Origin: Octopus vulgaris
Taxonomy: Eukaryota
Direction of reading: 5' to 3'
Assembly: GCA_951406725.2 (NCBI GenBank)
Contig: OX597820.1
Coordinates: 44,144,001 to 44,208,000 of the forward strand
DNA length: 64,000 nt
In this document: positions 28,359 through 43,550 of the stretch, piece after piece
Numbering within the stretch: position 1 is the first letter of the stretch
Layout of the letters: each line of letters starts with the position of its first letter
Position numbers and translations under genes: made by a program
The notes under the pieces: generated by a model
What the model saw: only the letters and a program-made list of their open reading frames with translations
What the model was told of the DNA's origin: nothing
Databases searched by the model: none

Positions 28359-29408
28359 GAGAGAGAGGCAGTCAAACAGAGTTAGAGAGAGAGAGAGAGA
28401 GAGATACAGATATAGATATATGCAAATACATGTACCCACAAATAAATATGTGTATATACGTACATATATACATATATATGTGTATCTGTGTGTGAGCGCG
28501 CTTGGGTGTGTATTTGCATGTACGTGTGTTTTGGGGGGAGGGGGGATTTTGTGCGCGTGTCCCCGTGTTCCTGCCTGCGAAACAAACTTTTTGTACTTAT
28601 TATTTTCTGTATGAGAGGGCATGTAAGTACATAACTGCAACTACGCTGGCATGATGGAACAATTTTAAACACATACTACACAACATATTTAGCGAATCAT
28701 GCCAACACCCAGTAAGCCCACTGGAACAGGGGACAATTCCATGTTTGCTTGACCTGCTAGAAATGGCAGCCAAATTCCTCTGTAGATACTTAGGACAGAT
28801 TTTTGGAACACAGCTTAAATGTTTCTAGAGAGTGCAACCGGAGACCAAATAACCCGAGTAGCGTTCATATATTTTCTAAATACTTATTTATGTTAGTCAT
28901 ATGCACATACATTAGTAGCGTTAAACATACATGCATAACTACCACCATTCATATATACATGCAAGCACACACGCACGCACACAAACACGCACACTCATAC
29001 ATACACACACGCACACGCACACACAATACCTTTCATTTATCTCGGTTATTTGATTAAGGACATGGTAGGTGAGCACCTTGGTACTAGACGAACTCATCAA
29101 TCCCAGTAACATTTTTCTACGACTGGTGCATAGTTTCTCGAGTGTCAAAAGGTGTTAATGGACGAATACAAATATACAAATATATACATGCACATACTCA
29201 CACACACACACACACATATACAAATATATATATATATATATACATTGGCCTGCCCGATTAGTCAGGGCGGTGGCGTCATTTGAAGGCTAAAACAATGCGA
29301 AGCGCACTGTGACCAGCGATGTGTAGCAACATCTGATAGCCGGGTCGGTCACGGTGACGGTGATATATATACATACATACAAATATAAACACGTCTTTAT
29401 ATACATAG

Positions 29409-29500
<92 letters not shown>

Positions 29501-29571
29501 CCTTTTACTAGTTTCACGCATTGGACTGTGGTCATGCTGGTGCACCACCTTGAAAGGTATCTGTAGATCAG

Positions 29572-29620
<49 letters not shown>

Positions 29621-29849
29621 GATGGCCCACGGGCTTCTATCAAATCTGGTCATTAGAATTTGGTCGGCTCGGGACTAAAGAGGAATTATTTCAAGAGACC
29701 ATTTCTCCATGTGATGGGCTTCAAAAATTGATAATAAGAATTATCTTTTTAACACGAAACAAATGGTAGCCTTAATACACAACTAAAGGATTTTATCCAC
29801 GAATTTGGTGTTGAGCACACATTTTCGTCGTTCGGCATTTACCTACATG

Positions 29850-29898
<49 letters not shown>

Positions 29899-30505
29899 GT
29901 ATATATATGTGTATACACACACACACACACTCACACACACACACATATATACATATATATATATTGTATGTATATATATAGATACAGATATATATACATA
30001 TATGTATATATATACACATATATATAGATATATATGAATAAATTTAATAAATTTATATTCATGTATTCATACATACATTCACACATACACACACCAATGT
30101 ATATGTATATATATGTACGTGTGTTTGATTTTTTTTTTGCGTGTGTATACATATATATATATGTATATATGCATATACATATATATAAGCATACACACTA
30201 TATTATATTTGTGTGTATATGTATGTGTGTGAGTATGTGTGGTGTGTATGTGTGTGTGCACATATGAGATTCATATCTAATAACAAATATAAAAAATGCG
30301 TGTTGAGTTTCATATATTGTTGGGGTTTTTTCTCTTTAATTTTGTACTAGTCATAGCACACAAACTTTGAAATAAATTATAAGTATATATACGTGCGTGT
30401 GTGTGTCATTATGTATTTATATGTCCATATATATTCATTGCTTATATGTTGCATATATATATATATATAAATTTGTAGCTATACACACACATATATATAT
30501 ATAGA

Positions 30506-30762
30506 TATAAATGTCACCAAATGTGACTAAGGGTGTTGAAACACCTACATTGCTAGAAATAAGAGCCTAAAACTCTAATGTTGCAGTTAAAGCACATAAT
30601 GGTACACTTATATACTGCAATCACCCGAAAATACCGGGCAGTCCCTCTCAGTATATATGTGTATAATTATGTCCTTTAGCTGCAGCATTGGACATTTTGG
30701 GCTCTTATTTCTAGCAATGAAGGTGTTTCTAACCTCCTTAGTCATATTTAATCACAATTATA
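30506..30762. mobile_element. Foldback/MITE-like element with ~110-bp imperfect inverted arms
   Basis: TGACTAAGG..ACACCTACATTGCTAGAAATAAGAGCC versus GGCTCTTATTTCTAGCAATGAAGGTGT..CCTTAGTCA; TA-rich ends. Confidence 0.8.
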
Positions 30763-30960
30763 GTTTTTCAATTTGGTAACACATTGCGCAGGGCTGTTAT
30801 ACTAATTTTTTTGCTTATATAAATATAATATATATATATATATATATGTATCACTGGTGAAACACTGTTTATAGGGTTACCCTGGGTTTCCCGCCATAAA
30901 GCGTATCTTTATGGCGTATCATTAGACTCTAAGACTTGTTCACCTATCTATCTATCTGTC

Positions 30961-31035
<75 letters not shown>

Positions 31036-31247
31036 ATATACATGGCATTCGGAGAATGAGGGTGTGTGATGTTGTTGCCCTCATTTCTACATATACATAT
31101 ATCTATATCTATATCTTTATATAAATAGATATATAAACACACACACACACACACTCATATATATATATATATACCTGTCATACACATAAATACGTCTGTT
31201 TATTGTGTGCGTGAATATATATATATATATATATACACACATACATT

Positions 31248-31300
<53 letters not shown>

Positions 31301-31494
31301 ATATATATATTGAGAATAATTTGGTGATCCACTCGACTGAAGATCGTTTTGCGATCACGTAGTTTCGATTCCTGTCCCGCTAACTGGAAGTTGGGCTAGC
31401 ATCCGGTACTATAGACATCAACGTTATAAAAGAAATCTAGTAGACGGAAACTCTGCTGAAGTCAGTGTTGTGCACATGCATGTATGAGAGAGAG

Positions 31495-31563
<69 letters not shown>

Positions 31564-31579
31564 CATCCATACATACATT

Positions 31580-31611
<32 letters not shown>

Positions 31612-31794
31612 CATACATAATACATACATACATACATATATACATACACGCGCACATACGTTTTGCTGTAGCATACGTTTTGCTGTAGCATAGCGATTAC
31701 CCTAACATAAACGCAGTACGATAAATGGGGAAGGTTAAACAAATATAATCAAATGTGTTATTTTATATTATTTATAATTAACATATTATGGGAC

Positions 31795-32520
<726 letters not shown>

Positions 32521-33240
32521 TAGACAGAGTGAGATAGCCGGAACACAAGTGCGAAGCATACTACTTCGCTCCACTGTCATATCTACACCTATATGCAGGT
32601 CAGTTTTAAAGTTTGGACAAACTGACCCGTTTCCTAAAGGCCCCACAGTTTCTAGGGCCCACTTCTGATCTATCTATTTTGTGGCTCGTTGTTAAATAAA
32701 TAAACACTAAAGATAATAGCGCACTGATTTACCCAGGGACCTAGAATACTGCTAAGGTGGCTCTGCCTACATGCATACGTTGACAATAAGAAGTTATAGG
32801 TACCATGGGCGTTTAGATCACAACCCTAGACCCAGCTATGAATTTAAGTTGCCACAGCAAACATAGCATGGAAATTTGTCAAGAACCACCTCAGTATGAC
32901 TCAACCAATGCATTTCAGACAGCAGTATAAGAAAGGTATGTCTTAGCAGTATTGGAGGTCCCAGAGCAGGTGAATGCATTGGGCCCTCTAGTATTTATCT
33001 ATTCACACCAAGCAAACGCATTCATAAATCATAACTGAGCCCCGAAACTGGTGAGGACCCCGAATAAATGTACAGTGAGCCAACGAAGATGATATTGACT
33101 ATATGAGCACATGTGTCAACATAATGGATAACAGTGCTTCGAGTGGGCTGACTAAGTGTATGCATATTAACGTTTTGTGTATTTAAGGTATGACCAGTCA
33201 TGGGTGACATGAAAGGCTTCTCAATATATAAGGCCTTTAA

Positions 33241-34010
33241 GGTGGCGAGCTGGCAGGAACGTTAGCACGCCGGGCGAAATGCGTAGCCGTATTTCGTCTG
33301 CCGTTACGTTGTGAGTTCAAATTCCGCCGAGGTCGACTTCGCCTTTCATCCTTTCGGGGTCGATAAATTAAGCACCAGTTACGCACTGGGGTCGATGTAA
33401 TCGACTTAATACCTATGTCTGTCCTTGTTTGTCCCCTCTATGTTTAGCCCCTTGTGGGTAATAAAGAAATAGGTATTTCGTCTGCCTTTACGTTCTGAGT
33501 TCAAATTACGCCGAGGTCGTCTTTGCCCTTCATCCTTCCGGGATCGATAAATTAAATACCAGTTACGCACTGGGGTGGATATAATCGACTTAATCCGTTT
33601 GTCTGTGCTTGTTTGTCCCATCTATGTTTAGCCCCTTGTGGGTAGTAAAGAAATAGGTATTTCGTCTGCCGTTACGTTCTGAGTTCAAATTACGCCGAGG
33701 TCGTCTTTGCCCTTCATCCTTTCGGGGTCGATAAATTAAATATCAATTACGCACTGGGGTGGATATAATCGACTTAATCCGTTTGTCTGTGCTTGTTTGG
33801 CCCCTCTATGTTTAGCCCCTTGTGGGTAGTAAAGAAATAGGTATTTCGTCTGTCTTTACGTTCTGAGTTCAAATTCGTCGAGGTCGACTTTGCCTTTCAT
33901 CCTTTATGAGGTCGATAAAATAAGTACCAGTTGAGTACTGGGGTCAATGTAATCGACTTACCCCTCTGCCCGAAATTTCGGGCCTTGTTCTTCGAGTAGA
34001 GTGGAATATT
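33241..34010 (+). mobile_element. SINE family C, tandem array of four units with 184-bp period
   Basis: ATTTCGTCTG recurs at 33291, 33475, 33659 and 33843; a further diverged monomer follows at ~34022-34230. Confidence 0.92.
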
Positions 34011-34294
34011 ATAAGGTCATAAAGGCGACGAGCTTACAGAACCATTAGCACGCAGCGCAAAATGCTTCGCAGCTTTTCGTCCGTCTATACGTTCTGAACT
34101 TAAATTACACCGAGGTCGACTTTGCCTTTCATTCTTTCGGGTTCGATGAAATAAGTACCAGTTGAGCACTGGGGTCGATGTAATTGTTTTAGCTCCACCC
34201 CTAAACTTGCTGGCCCTGCGCCATTTGAAACCAATATATAAGGCTTTCAACATGGGTGTAAATGATATTTCTGGTCTTTCTAAAATGCAAAGCA

Positions 34295-34344
<50 letters not shown>

Positions 34345-34617
34345 ATATACATAGATACATAGATTAATAGATAGACAGATTCACATACATAATATATGTG
34401 CTTGTACATCTGTGCCTAAGTATCTATTTGCATATCTGTGTGTATGTGTGTGTCTGTGTGTGTGCGCACGTGCGTGCGCGCGTGTGCTTGTACACATATA
34501 CACGTACATGTAAAACCTAATGTCTGTTATGGTACCAGGTATTCAAAAGATGAGTCAGTTATGATAGAATTTTTATACATACATGCATACATACATATAG
34601 GCATATATATATATATG

Positions 34618-34656
<39 letters not shown>

Positions 34657-34908
34657 ACATATAAATATAGATATATATGCATATATATATACATATATAT
34701 ATGATATATATATGTGCGTGCGTGCGTGTGTATGTGTGTGTATGCATATATATACAGATATATAAATATATATACATATATGTATACGTATATATATGTA
34801 GATTCAACCGTGCTTTCTGACGTAAATTTGCTACCCAGGTATATAAATGTTAACCGAATTATCCATACTAGGATAATTCATTCAACTACTTAAACATTTT
34901 TATACGTG

Positions 34909-35003
<95 letters not shown>

Positions 35004-35126
35004 TGTATGTATGTATGTATACATAAACAAATCTATATACATGTATAGACATATATGTATATAAACAAATCTACATACATGTATATATATATAAACGAAT
35101 GTATATACATGTATAAACATATATAT

Positions 35127-35640
35127 GGTACAAGAGTGGCTGTGTGGTAAGAAGTTTGCTTCTCACCAACCACATCGATTCCAGGTTCAATCACACTGCG
35201 GGGCACCTTGAGCAAGGTGTCATCAGCTATAGGCTCGGGCTGAGACAAAGACTTGTGAGTGGATTTGGTGGACGGAAACTGAAAGAAGCCCGTCGAATAA
35301 ATATATATACATATATATACATATATGTATGTATGTATATATGTGTGTGTGTCTGTGTTTGTCCCACCCTCCATCGTTTGACAACCGATGTTGGTGTCTT
35401 TACATTCCCGTAACCTAGGGGTTCGGTAAAAGAGAACGACTGAATAGGTGCTAGGCTTACAAAGAATATATATATACATATATACAACTGGCTTCTTTCA
35501 GTTTCCGTCTACCAAATCCACTCACAAGACTTTGGTCGGTTCGAGACTATAATAGAAAACACTTGCCTATGGTTCCATGCAGTGTGACTGTACCCGGAAC
35601 TATGTGGTTGGGAAGCAAGCCCTTTACCTCACAGCCATTC
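35127..35640. mobile_element. Two adjacent inverted SINE family A copies (+ 35127-35467, - 35485-35640)
   Basis: GTGAGTGGATTTGGTGGACGGAAACTGAAAGAAGCC versus GGCTTCTTTCAGTTTCCGTCTACCAAATCCACTCAC. Confidence 0.85.
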
Positions 35641-35719
35641 CTATATATATATATATATATATATAGGACTGGCCGCAGTCAAGTGACTGAAACGAATAAA
35701 AATATCTATATATGTATGC

Positions 35720-36095
35720 ATATCTCACATCTATATTTATTCCTCCACTTCACTCTCTATTTCATATGAATGAAAATAGATGTGAGATATGCAAGGATAT
35801 TGCATTTGTAGATCCATTGTTTAGGCAGAATGGTATACTTATATGTCTATCATTCTGCCTAAATAATGGATCTACAAATGCAATATCGCCCCATATCTCA
35901 CATCTATTTTCATTCCTCCTTTTCACTCTGTATTTCATATCTTATCTAAATTAACTATTGCTTAACAATTTTCTAATACGCTGTCCGATGAAGGGATATT
36001 TTTTATCCCGGAAACAGCTGTAAGACCTTCTACTTATAAATGTTCTAAAATCTTCACAGCCTTCGTTTTTTTTTTCTTATCTCTTTCTAAAAAAA
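35720..36095 (+). mobile_element. PLE-type pseudo-LTR fragment: 148-bp palindrome (35768-35915) followed by an HHR-like motif (35981-36026)
   Basis: Near-perfect hairpin arms; CCGATGAA-GGGATA ttttt TATCCC-g-GAAACAGCTGTA with palindromic ACAGCTGT; stem I damaged. Confidence 0.65.
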
Positions 36096-36106
36096 AATTA
36101 TATATA

Positions 36107-36142
<36 letters not shown>

Positions 36143-36339
36143 TGTATGTATGTATGTATGTATGTATGTATGTACATTTGGCCTCACCAGCCACCTCAGG
36201 TCTCATGGCGGCAGTTCCATCAGATGATGTCAGTTGGTCATCTTCGAACCGAAGGACGAACATATATATATGTGTGTGTGTGTAGAGAGAGAGAGGGAGA
36301 GAGAGAAAGGGGGAGAGGGAGAACGAGAGAGAGAGAGAG

Positions 36340-36722
36340 TCACAGGAGAGGCTGTGTGGTAAGTTTCTTGCTCACCAACCACATCGTTCCAGGTTCAGTT
36401 CCACTGCGTGACAACTTGGGCAATTGTCATCAGCTATAGCCTGGAGACACATGGCCTAGTGGTAGACGGAAACAGAAAGAAGCCCGTCGTATATATATAT
36501 ATATGTAAGTATAAGATAAAACTTAATGTATATGTTGGCGTGTCTGTGTTTAGCCCCCCAACATCGCTTGACAGCCGATGCTGGCGTGTTTACGTCCTCA
36601 TAACCTAGCGATTCAGCAAAAGTGACGAACAGAATAAGCACTAGGCTTCCAACGAATAAGCTCGATTAAAGACAGTGCTCCAGCATAGCCGCAGTGAAAT
36701 GACTGAAATAAATGAATAAAAG
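36340..36722 (+). mobile_element. SINE family A, diverged
   Basis: Head, core and tail recognisable. Confidence 0.8.
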
Positions 36723-36949
36723 AACATATATATGTGTGTGTGTGTATTATATATATATATATACATACTTGTGTGTGTGTGAGTGTGTGTGTGAGTGTGT
36801 GTGAGTGTGTGTGTGCGTATGCGTGTGTTTACATACATGCATGCATACATTTGTACATACATAATACATGGGTATTATTTATTCAAATCCTAATAATTGC
36901 TTTGAACGCATATATTATGTGTGAGTGTGTCAGTTTTTGTGTATGTATG

Positions 36950-36953
36950 TATG

Positions 36954-37033
<80 letters not shown>

Positions 37034-37114
37034 CATACATCCATATATATATATATATATATATATAAATATATATATATACATATACATATACATATAT
37101 ATATACATATACAT

Positions 37115-37157
<43 letters not shown>

Positions 37158-37168
37158 TATACATATAC

Positions 37169-37233
<65 letters not shown>

Positions 37234-37332
37234 TATACATATAAAATATATATACACATACATATATATATATATATAAAATTATATAGATAGATTAATA
37301 GATATAGATATATGTATATACATACATATATA

Positions 37333-37368
<36 letters not shown>

Positions 37369-37646
37369 TGTATGTATGTAGATTGTTCTACCTTATGCAT
37401 ATATTAATCGTAATCTACATTCTAAATATGTTAATATATACTAAATAATGCTATTTTTTTTATTATAATATTAATAGTTCTTACAAGCACATTTACGCAA
37501 ACCTGTTTGAACTTCCAACATACCGCCCTCGTATCGCTCGAATATAGTATCAACGTAATGCGTTACCCACTCTCTATCATCTATGTTATTGTGTTCATAA
37601 ATTAATATTTAATTCGCTTAGATTTATACAGTATGCGGGTATATGT

Positions 37647-37684
<38 letters not shown>

Positions 37685-37897
37685 GTATGTACGCGCGCGT
37701 GTGTATATTTATATATGTATGAATGTATGTATATAGGTATGTATGAATGTAAATATGTAGGTATGTGTGTAAGCATGTATGTATAATATATATGTAGATA
37801 TCATATATATATGTACATACATATATATATATATATATATATAGACATACATACACATCCTCATATAATCACACACATGTATACGTACAAATATATA

Positions 37898-37937
<40 letters not shown>

Positions 37938-37957
37938 AATGTATAATATATATTCAT

Positions 37958-37997
<40 letters not shown>

Positions 37998-38400
37998 GCA
38001 CTCATATATATACATATATATATATTTATTTATTTATATGCATAAATATATATTTATATATGTATATATCTATATTTGTATATATATATATTTATGTATC
38101 CTTATATGCATGCCTGTATGTATGTGAGTATATATATATATATATATATATACGTGCTGTCATACTTATATTTACATACGTATGTATATATACACAACAT
38201 ATATCTATATATATGTATGTGTGTGTGTGTCTGTATTTATATATGTGTGTGTGTAGATATGTATGTATGTATATATGTATTTACAAATATATCTGTATAT
38301 TTGCATGCACACACATATACAGACATATAACATATATACACATAATCACATACATATATATGTATTCATACAAATATCTTTAAAAGCATATATATACTTA
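36950..38400. repeat. Long degenerate (TA)n/(TACA)n low-complexity tract
   Basis: Directly visible. Confidence 0.92.
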
Positions 38401-38876
38401 TGGAATGTCCGCCACCGTTCAAGATCAATCGTATATATATACTGGTAAGGCAATGTAAACAATTTTTTTTTTCGTATATGTAGCAGTTGCCTTAGCATGT
38501 AAATCTCTTCTTGTAGGTCACTGATTTTGTTTTAAGAAATGACCACTACCTAAGAAACGATGTAAGTTTTGTTACAGCTTCGTTGTAGGTATTTCGTTTA
38601 TGATGCAATGACGTTTTAAAAGGATGCAAGCAAAATATCCTATCTGACTTTATCCGCCGACCTGGTTTGAAACTTTTTTCTGGACCTCCGGGAAGATAAA
38701 ATAAAATTTCACTGTTGTAACAATTTAGATGCACGCTACTAAACATTCTACTGAAACATCAACTGATGTATACGATTGTATAAAAAGCCACACATACACA
38801 CACACATACAGACACACACACAGACACACACACACACACACACACACATACACATACACACACATACACACACACT

Positions 38877-38987
<111 letters not shown>

Positions 38988-39110
38988 TTTATGTAATTAA
39001 ATGTAGATGTATTACAGATGTATATATATAAATATACATATATATATACATATATATGTATATATATATATATATATATATACATAGCATAAATATGTTC
39101 ATATATTACA

Positions 39111-39149
<39 letters not shown>

Positions 39150-39247
39150 TAAATATGTTGCTATATCCATATGTGTGTATTTGTGTATATATATATATAT
39201 ATATATATATAAGCATAAATATGTTGCTATATCCATATGTGTGTATT

Positions 39248-39284
<37 letters not shown>

Positions 39285-39434
39285 CAAATATACTTATCCA
39301 CTCGACTTATATATGCCTGTATGTTTACATATGTATATATTTATACGTATGTATATTCAGGTACAGACATACATACATACGTGTATATACAAATACAGGC
39401 AATATATACACTTGCGTGTGTGTATGTATGTGTA

Positions 39435-39468
<34 letters not shown>

Positions 39469-39558
39469 TAAATATATATGTACATATATACACATATATA
39501 CATATATGTATATATATATAGAGAGAGAGTGAGAGAGAAAGAAATTCATATATATATA

Positions 39559-39605
39559 TTTCCTGAAGATTTCTCTTGAATGAAACAGTTCTAGTCCTGT
39601 AGAAG
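39559..39605 (+). ncRNA. Type-I hammerhead ribozyme motif in a (TA)n-flanked pseudo-LTR fragment (39559-39692)
   Basis: TTC-CTGAAGA-t TTC tctt GAA t-GAAACAG ttctagtc CTGTA-GAA; all three stems pair; GUA cleavage triplet. Confidence 0.65.
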
Positions 39606-39690
39606 CTCCTTCTATATAATAAATTAATTTTACTCTGCTATGTATTGAGTACCTTATTTACTGTGGTTAACCCCGAATCAACCCGGGACC

Positions 39691-39726
<36 letters not shown>

Positions 39727-40061
39727 ACCGACCGCTTGTTTAAAGTGATGGAAACACCTTAACACCCGTTGACAAGTATATATATATATATGTATATAAT
39801 CATATGCAACTGGTTTCTTTCAGTTTACATTACACAAATCCACTCACAAAGCTTTAGTCGACCCGAGGCTACTGCTGAAGACACTTGCCCAACGTACCAC
39901 GCAGTGGGATTGAAACTGGAACCATGTGGCTGGGAAGCAAACGTTTTATCACTCAGCTACACCTATATAAACATACACACGTGTGTGTTTGTGTGTGTGT
40001 GTGTGTGTGTAGGAATGTACGTACATATATACATACATACATTCATGTATATATACATTTG

Positions 40062-40338
40062 TATATAAACTTTGTAGGCGCGTCCTCAGTTCCAAGCACT
40101 ATTCACACACCTTCCCACCTCATGTTAGTCGAAACACCGAAACACGCAAGTCTTACTTAGGTCATTTTATTTAATAAAATTAAAATAACCATTTCAAAAT
40201 AACCATTTTCACCGTAATGTCTGACCGTCGCCTGGCTGAACCTGAATTGATGAATGGTATGTATTATAAATAATGTTATATAAATGAAAAAAAGAAAAGG
40301 CTTTTGATACTGGCTTCTATCGTTAGCTACAGGTGAGT
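40062..40338 (+). promoter_or_regulatory. Candidate Pol II core promoter and first exon
   Basis: TATATAAA at 40062, TCAGTT Inr-like at 40086-40091, ATG at 40217 (MSDRRLAEPELMN) with donor G|GTATGT at 40256/7, and consensus donor CAG|GTGAGT at 40332/3, all in non-repetitive sequence. Confidence 0.35.
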
Positions 40339-40655
40339 AACTCGGAACAAGCGCTTAAAATAGGACTCGGAAATGTTAAAAGCGATGCTGATCTCGGATC
40401 TCTGGAAATGTGTAACTGAAGAATTGTCGTAAATACTACGATGCGAATCAGAACACAGATATGGCAAAATGTCTAATTCTGCAGCAGCATTTTAGTTATT
40501 TATTTAATCACTTATTTATATAATTATTGATGCATTTTTGTCACTATTAATTTTATTCTTGTGCGTACGAGCGTGTTGCAAACATATATATGTGTCTTTA
40601 TATATTCATGTATATGTGTGCGTGTGTGTTAATGATATATTAATAACATATATTT

Positions 40656-40690
<35 letters not shown>

Positions 40691-41245
40691 TAATAATTTA
40701 ATACTAATTTACTAACTTATTATATTTATATACATATATATACATATCCGCATATATATATGGATGTATGTATAGATGTATAGACAAAGACAGCTGCATA
40801 TATATTTTTTCTTTTATTCTTTTACTCATTTCAGTCATTTGACTGCGGCCATGCTGTAGCACCGTGTGTGGGTGTGTGTATATATATGTATATATACATA
40901 CATATATATATATACACACATATATATATGTGTCTGTGCGTGTGTGTGCCCATACATATATATATATATATATGGCTATTTACATTTATAGGTTTATATA
41001 TGTATACATATATGTTTGTTCGTATATATATATACACATATGTATATAAATATACAAACACACTCACACACACATATACATACACCTACATTTGCAAATA
41101 TGCATATTACATATATGTTGTGTACTTTTATATATGTGCGTGTGTATAATTTGTGTGTGTGCATTCATATATGTATGTATATATATTATATGTGCGTGTA
41201 TATATAAGTATATACATACATGTATATATATAAATCCTTCCTGAG

Positions 41246-41745
41246 TACCGGTTTCCCTGTTTCCGCGGTACATATATTCTCCCACAAGATGGGGTGCCAC
41301 TCCGTTGCAGAATTACTATTTTACTGCCAGCCGAGTGAACTGGAGCAGCGTGAAGTGAAATGGTTTGCTGAAGTTCAAGCATGTTGCCCAGTCCAGGAAT
41401 CGAAACTGCAATCTCACGATCATGATTCGAATACACCAACCACTAAACCACGTGCTTCTACACACATACATATGCATACATGCATACATAGATTCGTGGA
41501 GGCACATGGCCTAGTGGTTATAGAACGACACGCCGAGCAGCGGACACGCCCGGTCGAATGTGTGTGTTTATGAGCAAAACACCTAAGCTCCACGCGGCTC
41601 CGGCAGAAGGTAATGGCGAACTCCTGCTGATTCTTTTCCCACCACATTCTCTCACTCCTGCATCTTGCAGCTCACCTGCGACGGACCGACGTCCCGTCCA
41701 GGTGGGGAACCTATACGCCAAGGAAAACGGAAAACCGACCCTTAT
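41246..41745. mobile_element. Head-to-head SINE family B variants (- 41246-41460, + 41495-41745)
   Basis: tRNA-like heads pointing outward; the plus-strand copy matches the reverse complement of 16058-16343. Confidence 0.8.
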
Positions 41746-41950
41746 GGGAACAAACATACATAGATACATGTATACATACATATATGTACATGCACATTTA
41801 CCCACTAACATACGAGTGTACATACATACATACAAACATACATACATACATACATACATACATACATACATACATACATGCATACATACATACATACATA
41901 CATACATACATACATACATACATACATACATACATACATACATACATACG

Positions 41951-42650
41951 CACTGCCTAAATAACAATCTTGAGAAATTAGGCTTCTCAAAACCAGAATG
42001 GTAAAAGCTGATTCGAAGACTACAGATCCAAGCTATCGCTGGTACTGTAAAAGTCTATAAAACTTTCCAGAAGTTTATCATTTAAGTAGTACATCGTATG
42101 CTAAATGGTGAAAATAATTACAGCTTTAAATACGTGGGTAACTTCTGTCTAGATATGCACCCATATGCATGAGAATACATACATAAAACAAAACATACAA
42201 ATCTGCACATATACATACATACATACATACATACATGCATGCATGCATGCATGCATACATACATACATACATACATACATACATACATACATACATACAT
42301 ACATACATACATACATACATGCATGCATGCATGCATGCATACATACATACATACATACATACATACATACATACATACATACATACATACATACATACAT
42401 ACATACATACATACATACATACTTATGTCTATACGTGACTATTTGGATAAGCTAGATTTCTCGGAAAAGGAAATCAAGCATCTAATTTGCACATTAAAAT
42501 ATAATCTGTAAGTGGAACAATAAAAATATGCAAGACCTTTCTCATGTTTTGATATCTACGTTCCAGCGATGTGATTTGTGTCTTTGTTACAAAGCAAGTC
42601 CTTCTTCAGAAGAAGAATTCAAATAATTAAATACAGAAGAGAACTTGCAT
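41951..42650 (+). mobile_element. Two 5'-truncated R4/Dong-like (RLE) LINE 3' ends separated by (CATA)n
   Basis: CLNNNLEKLGFSKPE..LIRRLQIQAIAGTVKVYKTF at 41951-42085 and YLDKLDFSEKEIKHLICTL at 42440-42500; homologous to 57430-58000 and 55760-57247. Confidence 0.7.
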
Positions 42651-43174
42651 ACACACCACCATAATATTTGGCTTTATACTTTATTAATTTTTGTTTTTGT
42701 CTGGTTTTGTTCTTCGGAATATTTTAAAGTTCATTCTATTAGTGTTCATGCTTGGTGTGGAAAAATGATTTTCAAAACACTGATTTGTTCTATGTATTTC
42801 TGTTAGAGGCAATTAACGCCATTTACTTGCCTTGCAAGATGTTCACCTCAAGAATAGCAAGAAGAGATGCCAGCCACAGTAGTGGTAGAACGAGGCTCAA
42901 TAAACAATCTCATCTGTGATTCATTATAAAAACACAAATGTAGACTATTAAAAATCATACGATGTAGAAATTTAACAGACAGTTTGAGACTTTTACAAAA
43001 GACAAAGATGGCAAAATCGCCAACTCAGATTAGAATAACAAGAGCAACAAGAACAGCAATTCAGTCGTTCTTAGTGTTGGAAGCCAAAAGTAAATACTAG
43101 ACATCAATCAATTCTAGATAAAAGTAGAAATGGAAGAGGTGTATCAGAAAATAAAGTGCTTTGTTGCTTACCAA

Positions 43175-43550
43175 TTTACTCTTTTACTTGTTTCAGTCAT
43201 TTGACTGTGGCCATGCTGGAGCACAACGTTTAGTCGAGCAAAGCACCCCCAGAACATATTCTTTGTAAGCCTAGTACTTATTCTATCGGTCTCTTTTGCC
43301 GAACCGCTAAGTTACGGGGACGTAAACACACCAGCAACTGTTGTCAAGTGATGTTGGGGGGACAAACACAGATACACAAACATATACACACACATGCACA
43401 TATATATATTTATATATACATACGACGGGCTTCTTTCAGTTTCCGTCCACCAAATCCACTCACAAGGCTTTGGTCGGCCCGAGGCTATAGTAGAAGACTC
43501 TTGCCCGAGGTGCCACGCAGTGGGACTGAGCCCGAAATTATGTGGTTCGT
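43175..43550 (-). mobile_element. SINE family A
   Basis: Reverse complement of the consensus, head truncated. Confidence 0.88.

Noticed and set aside
29705-29775. Possible decayed HHR (…GAAACAAATGGTAGCC)
   Set aside because: The 5' core is unrecognisable and stem II/III pairing is weak.
33241-34010. Regularly spaced repeats as a CRISPR array
   Set aside because: Whole 184-bp units repeat with no unique spacers, there are no cas genes, and the context is eukaryotic SINE.
39085-39290. Repeated CATAAATATGTTGCTATATCCATATGTGTG units separated by (TA)n
   Set aside because: Local slippage duplications within a microsatellite tract; no further structure.
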